Shown here: positions 15,571 to 22,857 of the stretch, piece by piece
Position numbering within the stretch: position 1 is the first letter of the stretch
How the letters are laid out: every line of letters begins with the position of its first letter
Source of the DNA: a virus
Reading direction: 5' to 3' (one strand)
Virus record (IMG/VR): IMGVR_UViG_3300048911_000270
Coordinates: 65,064-89,483 of that record
DNA length: 24,420 nt
Made by a program: the position numbers and the translations under genes
The notes under the pieces: model-generated
What the model was told of the DNA's origin: nothing
Database searches by the model: none
What the model saw: only the letters and a program-made list of their open reading frames with translations

Positions 15571-15821
15571 CAGGCGTCCTTAGGGGTGGCGGGGTTGTTC
15601 TGGCAGTGATCCATGGCGTCCCCGGGCTCCTCGGTGCCACCGGCCCAACCGACGCCCTTGCCGTCCGGGGTGACGCTGCTGCCGTAGCAGTGCCAGGCCT
15701 CGGTGTGGTTCGCGTTCTCGGGGCTCCAGTCGTGCGCGTCGTGGTGGATGCCGTTGTTGGCGTCGGTGCACTGGATGGGCATCCGGGTGCAGGGAAGGGC
15801 GGGGTAGTAGACGGTGACCAT
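15570..15821 (-). CDS. His/Cys-containing hypothetical protein
   Basis: AGGAG RBS. Confidence 0.7.
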   Translation of the reverse strand: MVTVYYPALPCTRMPIQCTDANNGIHHDAHDWSPENANHTEAWHCYGSSVTPDGKGVGWAGGTEEPGDAMDHCQNNPATPKDA

Positions 15822-15879
15822 GGGAGGCTCCTAGGGGGTGTAGGCGAGGCGCAGCCGGTGTGACTGCGCCCCGGGGTGG

Positions 15880-16272
15880 CTAGCGGTCCTGGGCGGCCCA
15901 GGCGGCTCGGTCGGACTCCGTCTCCCGGCGGTCCAGGTAGGCCTCTGCGGTCTCGCCGGGGAGCTGGTACGCGGCGTCCTCGGCGGTGACCCGGAGCCAG
16001 AAGGCGCTGCCCTCGGTCGGCTCGAACATGGTGACCTTCCAGCCCTGGCGGGAGAGGGCCTTCTCCATCTGGCCGATGGAGCGCTTGGTGATCTTGCGTC
16101 GGTGCGTGGTGTCGACGCGCTGGCCGGTGAACTCGCCCGCGACGTGGGTGACCAGGACGTCTCCGTTGTCCTCGGGGTTGACCAGGAAGCCGCCGTAGAT
16201 GATGCCGGGGCGCTGGGTGGTGGCGGTGAATCCGGCGTTCAGGAGGGCCTGCTCGATGTGCTGGGTGTCCAC
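15880..16272 (-). CDS. hypothetical protein (paralog of the N-terminus of 21035..21574)
   Basis: GAGGAGAC RBS after motif; shared GFT..GF..VT..G..RR.I..M..L..G..WLRV. Confidence 0.8.
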   Translation of the reverse strand: MDTQHIEQALLNAGFTATTQRPGIIYGGFLVNPEDNGDVLVTHVAGEFTGQRVDTTHRRKITKRSIGQMEKALSRQGWKVTMFEPTEGSAFWLRVTAEDAAYQLPGETAEAYLDRRETESDRAAWAAQDR

Positions 16273-16298
16273 GGGGTCTCCTCGGTTCGGCTTGGCTT

Positions 16299-16316
16299 GA
16301 TGTATCTACCCTAGCA
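16299..16316 (-). promoter_or_regulatory. 18-bp promoter/operator motif copy
   Basis: perfect match. Confidence 0.85.
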
Positions 16317-16335
16317 CATTGATTCCGGGGAGTCC

Positions 16336-16425
16336 AGACATGACGAAGCCCCCTCGATCGTCAACGCCCCTAGGCGGGCTCAGATCAAAAGGGCTTCGCC
16401 GCTTCCGTCCACGCGAATGAAACGG
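16336..16425 (-). ncRNA. candidate sRNA B
   Basis: TGCTAGTCTCTTACCC promoter-like stretch (near-identical to that of sRNA A-), short hairpin, terminator 16344-16398. Confidence 0.35.
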
Positions 16426-16434
16426 GGTAAGAGA

Positions 16435-16788
16435 CTAGCAGCCTGTGCAAACCACCCAGAACGGCATCCGGTCCCGCAACACCTTGATCCCCGGGATCTC
16501 ACACACGCCGCCTACAGGGGCCAGGATGTCCATCACGACCTCCAGGGCCATCCCGTGCCCCCGGTTGCCCGTACAGGCCGCCGTGATGGTGTCCTCGGGC
16601 CCTCCACCCTTCGGGCAGCCGCAGTCCGGAGAACAGTTGATCAACTTGTCCACCGTCGTAGCCGTACCCACCGGTACAGAGTCCCGCCAGTTCATCACCC
16701 GGGCCGTGATCCGGGCCTCCAGGACGGGATCCAGGGCGTGCACAGCCTCCCGGGTGACGGTGATACCGCCAGGCATCGGAGCAGACAT
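16435..16788 (-). CDS. hypothetical Cys-containing protein
   Basis: AAGGAG RBS. Confidence 0.7.
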   Translation of the reverse strand: MSAPMPGGITVTREAVHALDPVLEARITARVMNWRDSVPVGTATTVDKLINCSPDCGCPKGGGPEDTITAACTGNRGHGMALEVVMDILAPVGGVCEIPGIKVLRDRMPFWVVCTGC

Positions 16789-16790
16789 GA

Positions 16791-17693
16791 TCATTCTCCT
16801 TCGTCGTTGGCAGGGGTGAGGTCGGACTCCCAGCACCAGCCAGGCCGCAGGCCCTCCGTGAACCGCACCAAGGCGTCCCAGGCGTTCCGCTCCCCGTTGA
16901 ACCGGTGCTCCAGGACGTGACCTTCATCGTCGTCGTAGCGGACCCGGGCGCCCACGGAGTACAGCGGCTGCTTGCCACCCACGGCAGGGGGAAGGTCCCC
17001 GCAGATCCCGCAGTGCGTCCAGGTCTTGCCCTCGGCGTCCAGGGCGGGCTTGTCGTCCCCGTCCAGGGCGGTCACGTAGACGTGGGTGTGAGGACCCGCG
17101 TCGGGAAGGTCGGCCCTCGTGAGGGTGTCCGGGACGTCCAGGTCGGTGTTCCACAGCACGATCACGTCCACGTCCTCATCCCTCAGGGCCCGGCGGATGA
17201 GCTGGTAGGCGATGGGCGGCTCGTCGGCGTTGGCGGGGTCGTGGGCGGTGATGACGGCGTCCACCTGGTAGCCGCATTCCATGGCGTAGATGCGCAGCCG
17301 GGTGCGGCGGTACAGATCGTCCCCGTCGAGATTGGGCTCGGGGTGGGCGAGGTAGACGACGGCGCGCTTCGGGGTGGGGTCGGTGTCGGGCACGGGGGCG
17401 GTCTCCTTGAAGGTGTGGCGGGCGGCTTCCTGGGTCTGATCGGCGGTGCAGCCTGCGCGGATGGCTCCGGTGACCATCCGTTCGACGTGAGGGGCAGCGC
17501 GTTCCTCGCGGAGGATGGCGGCAATGTGGTCGGCCGCAGGGGGCGTAATGACGGCCCGGGTGCTGACGGCGAACGCCTTGCAGAAACAGCCCTCGACGGA
17601 GCAGACCCCGCCGGGGATGTGCCAGTTGTAGGGGTGGTCGCATTCGGGGGTGGCGCAGGGCGTGGACAGGGTGGGGCGGGCAGGTTGGGGCAC
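16791..17693 (-). CDS. multidomain protein: Cys/His finger, degenerate serine-resolvase-like domain, C-terminal small domain
   Basis: CAGGAG RBS before GTG 17693; CDHPYNWH..C...CFCKAF; RAVVYL...RLRIYA..CGY.V...VDVIVLW; internal RBS/GTG at 17393. Confidence 0.7.
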   Translation of the reverse strand: MPQPARPTLSTPCATPECDHPYNWHIPGGVCSVEGCFCKAFAVSTRAVITPPAADHIAAILREERAAPHVERMVTGAIRAGCTADQTQEAARHTFKETAPVPDTDPTPKRAVVYLAHPEPNLDGDDLYRRTRLRIYAMECGYQVDAVITAHDPANADEPPIAYQLIRRALRDEDVDVIVLWNTDLDVPDTLTRADLPDAGPHTHVYVTALDGDDKPALDAEGKTWTHCGICGDLPPAVGGKQPLYSVGARVRYDDDEGHVLEHRFNGERNAWDALVRFTEGLRPGWCWESDLTPANDEGE

Positions 17694-17754
17694 GGGTGGC
17701 TCCTGGATAGGGCGGGCCCTCCAGGGTGTTCTGGAGGGCCCGGGGTGTGACGGG

Positions 17755-17967
17755 TCAGGGGAGCAGCTTGGCGAGGGCTCGAAGGTCCCCCATGGTGAGC
17801 CCGGTACGGACGCCCGGCCCGTAGATGTTGCTGGTGGCGTTGATGACCTCCCGGTCGTCCGCGTCGTCCGCGTAGATGGCGAGGACGTGGGCAAGGGCTT
17901 CGGCGGGGGTGGTGGGGGCGGGGCCGTACTTCTCGATGGCGTCCCGGCGGACCTGTTCGATTCCCAC
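17755..17967 (-). CDS. hypothetical protein
   Basis: AAGGAG RBS. Confidence 0.75.
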   Translation of the reverse strand: MGIEQVRRDAIEKYGPAPTTPAEALAHVLAIYADDADDREVINATSNIYGPGVRTGLTMGDLRALAKLLP

Positions 17968-17992
17968 GGTGTTCTCCTTGGGGTGCAGGGGG

Positions 17993-18214
17993 TCAGGAGA
18001 CCCAGTTGGTGACGGTGGTCTGGTTCTGCCAGAAGGCCCGGCGCTCCTGGTCCTCGATGGCCTCGGTGTGGCGGGCTTCGGCTGCCTTGGCTTCCCAGCG
18101 CTGGCCCATGGCGTACAGGGCGTTCCGGGTGGCTTCGTCGGTGGCCTGGGCTGCTCCGTGGAAGGCTTGCTGGGCGAGGGTGGTGTATGAGGCGGAGGCG
18201 GGGCGGTTCGACAC
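17993..18214 (-). CDS. hypothetical helical protein
   Basis: GAGGAGAC RBS after motif. Confidence 0.75.
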   Translation of the reverse strand: MSNRPASASYTTLAQQAFHGAAQATDEATRNALYAMGQRWEAKAAEARHTEAIEDQERRAFWQNQTTVTNWVS

Positions 18215-18243
18215 GGGGTCTCCTCGGTGTTGGTGTCCCTTGC

Positions 18244-18261
18244 GATGTATCTACCCTAGCA
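18244..18261 (-). promoter_or_regulatory. 18-bp promoter/operator motif copy
   Basis: perfect match. Confidence 0.85.
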
Positions 18262-18290
18262 CATTGAGTAGAGGGGGCACAACACCATCC

Positions 18291-18383
18291 GGGCATACGA
18301 AAGCCCCCGTAAGCTCCCCGGCCAGGGAGTAAGCCTTACGAGGGCTTCCGTGTGCTTCCAGGCACGCGTCAACGGAGAGACGC
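18291..18383 (-). ncRNA. candidate sRNA C
   Basis: TGCTAGCCT at 18390-18398, 5' hairpin GCGUC-UCUCCGUU-GACGC, terminator 18300-18348. Confidence 0.45.
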
Positions 18384-18492
18384 AGGACCAGGCTAGCAGC
18401 CCCCGGGCATGGAAGAACCCCCGTGAGCGCCCCTGGACTGGCGTTGATCTCACGAGGGTTCCTACGGCGTACCTTGAGTCACCGCGAGCAGC

Positions 18493-18768
18493 TTACCCGG
18501 CGAGGTGGGGCATGTGGGACCGGTACGGCATGTCGGCCCGCTCGTGCCAGAAGACGACGGTGTCGTACAGGCCCTCCTCGACCCCCTTCAAGGCGTCGGC
18601 CCAGCGCAGGGTGTCCGTTGACGACCCCAGGGGGTACGGGACGATCCGGACGCCGTAGATGGTGTAGCCGTGGTCCCGGGCGAAGCGGCGGAGCTGCTGG
18701 AGGCGTTCCCAGGCGTCGGGGGTGATCAGGGTGCTGTCGGGGCGGTAGTAGACCAGGGCGGTGCGCAT
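18493..18768 (-). CDS. truncated serine-resolvase N-terminal-domain-like protein
   Basis: MRTALVYYRPDST...QQLRRFARDHGYTI...ALKGVEEGLYDTVVFW; lacks the DRLxR motif and DNA-binding domain. Confidence 0.6.
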   Translation of the reverse strand: MRTALVYYRPDSTLITPDAWERLQQLRRFARDHGYTIYGVRIVPYPLGSSTDTLRWADALKGVEEGLYDTVVFWHERADMPYRSHMPHLAG

Positions 18769-18773
18769 AGGGG

Positions 18774-18830
18774 CTAGCCGTTCTTCTCGCAGGGGCAGGG
18801 GACGGTGTCGGCGGCGTAGCGGGCGTTCAC
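18774..18830 (-). CDS. 18-aa peptide MNARYAADTVPCPCEKNG
   Basis: CAGGAGACCCC RBS, GTGA overlap, stop 5 nt before next ATG. Confidence 0.45.
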   Translation of the reverse strand: MNARYAADTVPCPCEKNG

Positions 18831-19012
18831 GGGGTCTCCTGGGGGTCGGCAGCGGGCTTGAAGCCGTCACGGGCTACGGCGCGGCGGACGGCTTTGGCCT
18901 GGTGTTCCCAGTACGAGCGGTCGTCGGGGGACATGCTGTCCCAGGGGGCGCCGTTCGGGTCGAAGCGCTGGGCCAGCCAGGCGGGGAGGGTGTCGGTGGT
19001 GGGGTGGGCCAT
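18827..19012 (-). CDS. 61-aa hypothetical protein
   Basis: GAGGAG RBS before MAHPTT. Confidence 0.7.
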   Translation of the reverse strand: MAHPTTDTLPAWLAQRFDPNGAPWDSMSPDDRSYWEHQAKAVRRAVARDGFKPAADPQETP

Positions 19013-19085
19013 GGTGTGCTCCTCGGGGGTGTGTGAAGGCCCCTGGCGGGTGCACCAGGGGCCGGGCGCAGCAGGGGCGGTGTTC

Positions 19086-19454
19086 TCAGAAGCCCGGGTC
19101 CTCCAGGACGACATCGGCGGCCTTGAACTGCTGCCACCGGTCCAGGGCGGCGTACTTGACGGTCTGGCGCTGCTCCGGGGTGGGCCACAGGGTGAGGGAG
19201 CCTACGAGGCCCTGGTTCACGAGGGCGACCATGTGGACGTAGATCTCGGCGTTGCCCGGGAGGGCGTTGGTGTGGGTCTCGCCGGTCTTGTAGTGGCGGA
19301 TCGTGAGGGTGATCTCGTTCTCGCCGGTCTTGACGGCGTCCTGGACGGTGCCGCCCGTGAGGATCCACTTGCCGTCGACCTTGACGCTGTAGCTGACGGG
19401 GAGGCCCTTGGTGGCGCCTGCGGCGGGGATCCTGAGGTGCTTCTTGAGGGCCAT
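19086..19454 (-). CDS. hypothetical beta-rich protein (paralog of 12313..12714)
   Basis: AAGGAGAC RBS after motif, start MALKKHL. Confidence 0.8.
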   Translation of the reverse strand: MALKKHLRIPAAGATKGLPVSYSVKVDGKWILTGGTVQDAVKTGENEITLTIRHYKTGETHTNALPGNAEIYVHMVALVNQGLVGSLTLWPTPEQRQTVKYAALDRWQQFKAADVVLEDPGF

Positions 19455-19482
19455 GGGGGTCTCCTTCGTGGTGTCCCTTGCT

Positions 19483-19500
19483 GATGTATCTACCCTAGCA
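19483..19500 (-). promoter_or_regulatory. 18-bp promoter/operator motif copy
   Basis: perfect match. Confidence 0.85.
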
Positions 19501-19518
19501 CATGAGGCTGCGCCTGCG

Positions 19519-19779
19519 CTACCCCTCCCCTTCGATCTTCCGGCGCAGCGCCTGGTTGTACCGGTGCAACCGCTTCCGCACCGCTTGAGTCGGCTTCTCG
19601 GTCGTCCGGTAGTAGACGTGCCACCAGTCGGTGCGCTTGCACGGCAGGGCCTGGTAATGGCCCCCAGGAGGTGCTGTGGTCCGGCGTACCCGCTTCCGGG
19701 CGTCGGCGGCGTGCAGGCAGATCTGCCCGCATACACAGGTGTCCCCGGAACGCAGCTCCTCCGGCGGTGTCTGGTCCAT
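19519..19779 (-). CDS. basic protein with CxC...C...H motif
   Basis: GGGAG RBS. Confidence 0.65.
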   Translation of the reverse strand: MDQTPPEELRSGDTCVCGQICLHAADARKRVRRTTAPPGGHYQALPCKRTDWWHVYYRTTEKPTQAVRKRLHRYNQALRRKIEGEG

Positions 19780-19842
19780 CCGCTGCTCCCTACGACGAAG
19801 CCCCCCGGGTGTCTCCCAGGGGGCTCGGTGTGCTCGGTGTGA

Positions 19843-20073
19843 TCAGATCTGGCGGGCGGCGATGATCGCGGCGATCCGGGCGTCCTCGCGGTCCTGGCGG
19901 TCCTGGTCCAGCATCATCCAGTTGAACCGGTCCGCCGACCCCGGCAGGCCCATCCAGCAGCCCAGCTCGTCGTCCCACAGGCCCCGGTCGGCCTTCTTCG
20001 CGGCGTCCTCGGCGTCCAGGCGGGCGGTGATCTGGGCGTCGGTCTCGAAGATGGCCTTCAGGGTCTTGAACAT
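19843..20073 (-). CDS. hypothetical protein
   Basis: GAGGAGAC RBS after motif; terminator 19799-19826. Confidence 0.8.
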   Translation of the reverse strand: MFKTLKAIFETDAQITARLDAEDAAKKADRGLWDDELGCWMGLPGSADRFNWMMLDQDRQDREDARIAAIIAARQI

Positions 20074-20102
20074 TTGGGTCTCCTCGGTTGGTGTCCCTGG
20101 CT

Positions 20103-20120
20103 GATGTATCTACAATAGCA
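20103..20120 (-). promoter_or_regulatory. variant motif copy
   Basis: TGCTATTGTAGATACATC. Confidence 0.75.
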
Positions 20121-20124
20121 TGGG

Positions 20125-20142
20125 TACTAGGGTAGATACAAC
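20125..20142 (+). promoter_or_regulatory. inverted motif copy, supplies TTGTAT -35 on the - strand
   Basis: TACTAGGGTAGATACAAC. Confidence 0.7.
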
Positions 20143-20215
20143 CCCCCACAGAAAAAAGTTCAGGGCGCAGCGGTGTGCAGTCGCTGCGCCCTGGAAGGCT
20201 TCCATCCGGTGGTGA

Positions 20216-20557
20216 CTAGGACCCGCCCTCCGCTGCGGTGTCGGTGTCCTCCTCGACCGGGCCGATCAGATCCGACGCGGGCACCCGGTACAGCTCCCGC
20301 TCGGTGTAGACCCAGATGACCGCCATCTCCTCGGTGTCGTCCGCGAGCTGGTTGAAGCCGTCGATCCGGCCCGTTTTGACGGTGTCCTCGTAGGTGAAGC
20401 GGACGTGTACCCGCTTGGCCTGCCACAGGCGGTGTGAGACCTGTTTGGCCAGCGCCTCGTAGGCTTCCAGCTCTTCGGTGGTCTCGTCGGCTCCGAATGC
20501 TCCGATGTAGGACGTGACGGCCCATTCCAGGCGTACCAGGGCGTCGGTGTTGAACAC
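20216..20557 (-). CDS. hypothetical protein (paralog of 22145..22480)
   Basis: AAGGAGAC RBS; MFN.D.L..L..AV...I...E.E....L...W....V.F...G.I..F...A.IWV..E...V....GP. Confidence 0.8.
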   Translation of the reverse strand: MFNTDALVRLEWAVTSYIGAFGADETTEELEAYEALAKQVSHRLWQAKRVHVRFTYEDTVKTGRIDGFNQLADDTEEMAVIWVYTERELYRVPASDLIGPVEEDTDTAAEGGS

Positions 20558-20623
20558 GGTGTCTCCTTGGGGTAGCAGAAAGGGGCGCAGCGTGGTGGCT
20601 GCGCCCCGGTCGGGTCGGTGTGG

Positions 20624-20788
20624 TCAGTCGCAGTTGGAGCAGGTGTACGCCGCCACCATGTGGCAGTCGCAGCCGGTGCACCAGTGCAGGGTCTCCGTGC
20701 AGGTGTCGACGTTGCAGTTCTCGACGGTGTTCGCCGCCTTCTTCGCCTGCTTCGCGATCTTCTTGTCGAGCTTCGTCGGCTGCGTCAT
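20624..20788 (-). CDS. 54-aa Lys-rich/Cys-rich protein
   Basis: GAGGAGAC RBS after motif. Confidence 0.75.
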   Translation of the reverse strand: MTQPTKLDKKIAKQAKKAANTVENCNVDTCTETLHWCTGCDCHMVAAYTCSNCD

Positions 20789-20820
20789 CGGAGTCTCCTC
20801 GGTTCGGTGTCTCACTGGCT

Positions 20821-20838
20821 GATGTATCTACCCTAGCA
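20821..20838 (-). promoter_or_regulatory. 18-bp promoter/operator motif copy
   Basis: perfect match. Confidence 0.85.
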
Positions 20839-20919
20839 CACCGATCCGAGGGCACGCAACACCCCCGGACACACCGAAGGGGAGCAGCCGACTTCCCGCT
20901 GCTCCCCTCACACCCGCTG

Positions 20920-20982
20920 CTACCAGCCGTGCCGGAACCTGAGATAGACCCGAAGAATCTGGATCATGTGGTGCCACGCCAT
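20920..20982 (-). CDS. 20-aa cationic amphipathic peptide (not in ORF track)
   Basis: MAWHHMIQILRVYLRFRHGW; GGGGGTGA SD; terminator 20878-20908; aligns with the 15147 peptide. Confidence 0.6.
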   Translation of the reverse strand: MAWHHMIQILRVYLRFRHGW

Positions 20983-21034
20983 TCCCATCACCCCCGCTCC
21001 CCCGCTTATATCCCCAGGATCCCACCGCTGCATA

Positions 21035-21574
21035 TCAGCCGTCCAGGGGGATGACCTTCCCGCTCTCCGGTGTGATCGGGGACAGCTTCACCGCTCCCAT
21101 CCGCTCCAGGGACAGCACCGTGACCGCGCGCAGCCCATGGGAGAACACCGGGGTCATCTCGCGGCTGGTGAGGGCCTGGGGGCGATTCAGAGCGGGTGTG
21201 AGCGGCTTGTAGCGGTAGACGACCCCGCCCGCTTGGATGGTGGCCAGGGCGACCTTCTGAGAGGCTGTGAGGTCGCTGTCGGGGTCTTCCTCGACCCGCA
21301 GCCACAGCAGGGTTCCGTCCCGGTCGTCCATGAGGGCGACGGTGTACCGCTTGGCCAAGACTGCTTGCATCCGGGTCAGTTCGGCGGTGATCCGTTCTCT
21401 CCGCAGCTCCGGTGTGAGGTCCGCTCCGAGATAGCCGACCCGGTAGGTGACGGTGCTGCGGTCCTCGACGTCGGAGCGGTAGGCGTCGAAGCCGGGGTGG
21501 ATGCCGTTGCAGTGGGTGAATCCGTTGTGCTGGAGGTAGCGGGTGAGGGCCTGGGGGCTGGTGCTGTAGGGCAC
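21035..21574 (-). CDS. hypothetical protein (N-terminus paralogous to 15880..16272)
   Basis: GGAG RBS; shared motifs. Confidence 0.8.
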   Translation of the reverse strand: MPYSTSPQALTRYLQHNGFTHCNGIHPGFDAYRSDVEDRSTVTYRVGYLGADLTPELRRERITAELTRMQAVLAKRYTVALMDDRDGTLLWLRVEEDPDSDLTASQKVALATIQAGGVVYRYKPLTPALNRPQALTSREMTPVFSHGLRAVTVLSLERMGAVKLSPITPESGKVIPLDG

Positions 21575-21673
21575 GGTGTTCTCCGGTTTGGTCGGGGCGC
21601 AGCGGGGGCGCTGTGGTTTCCTGGGGGTACCGAGGGCCCTCCCGGACTGGTTACGGGAGGGCTCTCGGTGTGT

Positions 21674-21832
21674 TCAGCGTGCGAGGCGGCAGGTGCGGCA
21701 GAAGAGGGCGGGTCGTTCGCAGTCGGGTGTGCAGCGGTGTCCGCTCTCGCCGCGTTTGACGGTGCGGACGGGCGGCTTCACCATGATCGTTTTGGTGTCG
21801 GTGGATCCACAGTTCAGACAGCGTTCAGGCAT
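21674..21832 (-). CDS. 52-aa Zn-ribbon protein (not in ORF track)
   Basis: MPERCLNCGSTDT...CRTCRLAR; GGGGAG RBS; terminator 21631-21667. Confidence 0.7.
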   Translation of the reverse strand: MPERCLNCGSTDTKTIMVKPPVRTVKRGESGHRCTPDCERPALFCRTCRLAR

Positions 21833-22148
21833 CGCTGCTCCCCCTCTTCTCGATCAGAGCGGTATCGCCCTTTTCCGTACGCCACCGGTACATGGCGAAG
21901 CCGAGCGAGGCCAGTCCCAGCGCGATCAGACCGGCCGTCCCGATGAACAGGGCGGAGTTACCCGATCCGAGGATTCCACCGGCCAGGAACACCACCGCTA
22001 CGCCCGATGACGTCACTCCCAGGGCCAGATTGGCGCCTCGAAACGTCGGGCGCCGCCCGGTCAGGTAGAGCACTCCGATCGCGATGACGGCACCCCACCC
22101 GACGATGACACCGATGGTTCCGAGGACCATCTCTTGTGTCCCGCTCAT
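21825..22148 (-). CDS. membrane protein with about 3 TM helices
   Basis: three hydrophobic segments, ATGA overlap. Confidence 0.75.
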   Translation of the reverse strand: MSGTQEMVLGTIGVIVGWGAVIAIGVLYLTGRRPTFRGANLALGVTSSGVAVVFLAGGILGSGNSALFIGTAGLIALGLASLGFAMYRWRTEKGDTALIEKRGSSDA

Positions 22149-22480
22149 CGCTGCTCCCCCGCCGGGCCGAGGATCGCGGTCAGCTTCACCGTGAACATGG
22201 CCTGCTCTGCTCGCACCCAGATCAGAGCGGTGTCGGTGCGCTTGCCCTCCCAGTGCCGTTCGGGCCGCTGGAACCGCTCGATCTTGCCGACGTACTCCAG
22301 TCCGTTGTCCTTGAAGATGACGGGTGTCTCCTGCTCCATCCACCGCCATGCCGTGAGCTGTCGGTGCAGGGTCCGCATCTCCTCGATCTCGTCTCGGGGT
22401 GCAGCGCCCTCGTACTGGTACTGGTCGATCCAGACGCCGACCGCTGTACTCAGCAGCTCCAACTCATCCTTGTTGAACAT
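22145..22480 (-). CDS. hypothetical protein (paralog of 20216..20557)
   Basis: GAGAGG RBS, start MFNKDEL. Confidence 0.8.
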   Translation of the reverse strand: MFNKDELELLSTAVGVWIDQYQYEGAAPRDEIEEMRTLHRQLTAWRWMEQETPVIFKDNGLEYVGKIERFQRPERHWEGKRTDTALIWVRAEQAMFTVKLTAILGPAGEQR

Positions 22481-22558
22481 GATCATCCTCTCTTCAGTGA
22501 ACAGGTGTACACAGAACAAACGGGGCGCAGCAGTCACAACCGCTGCGCCCCGAACCGC

Positions 22559-22810
22559 TCAGACGTCGATGACCTCGAAAACCGAGTAGCAGACCGAGTG
22601 ACGGAACGTCGGCCCGTACTGACCACCCGACGACACCCGCACCGCCTGCATCCGCTGACCGCTCTTCTCCCCCAGCTCCTTCGCCCACTTGCGGATCTCC
22701 GCACCGGCCATACGGGAGGCGAGACCAAGCTTGTGCTCCGACCCCTCCACGTGGACCCAGTAGGCGCCGGTACCGCGCAGCTCACGGGTGATCTTCAGGG
22801 CGTTGTCCAT
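22559..22810 (-). CDS. hypothetical protein
   Basis: GAGGAG RBS after motif; hairpin 22521-22552 downstream. Confidence 0.8.
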   Translation of the reverse strand: MDNALKITRELRGTGAYWVHVEGSEHKLGLASRMAGAEIRKWAKELGEKSGQRMQAVRVSSGGQYGPTFRHSVCYSVFEVIDV

Positions 22811-22839
22811 CGGGCTCTCCTCGGGTGGTGTGCCTTGGT

Positions 22840-22857
22840 GATGTATCTACCCTAGCA
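22840..22857 (-). promoter_or_regulatory. 18-bp promoter/operator motif copy
   Basis: perfect match. Confidence 0.85.

Noticed and set aside
17694-18296. 501-aa ORF 16791..18296 as a single gene
   Set aside because: The upstream part overlaps two better-supported genes (17755..17967, 17993..18214) in other frames and crosses the promoter motif; start placed at 17693
2272-22855. Many track ORFs ending in MYLP, suggesting a shared C-terminal tag
   Set aside because: Artefact: the antisense strand of the motif reads ATG TAT CTA CCC TAG; these ORFs are shadows of real genes on the opposite strand
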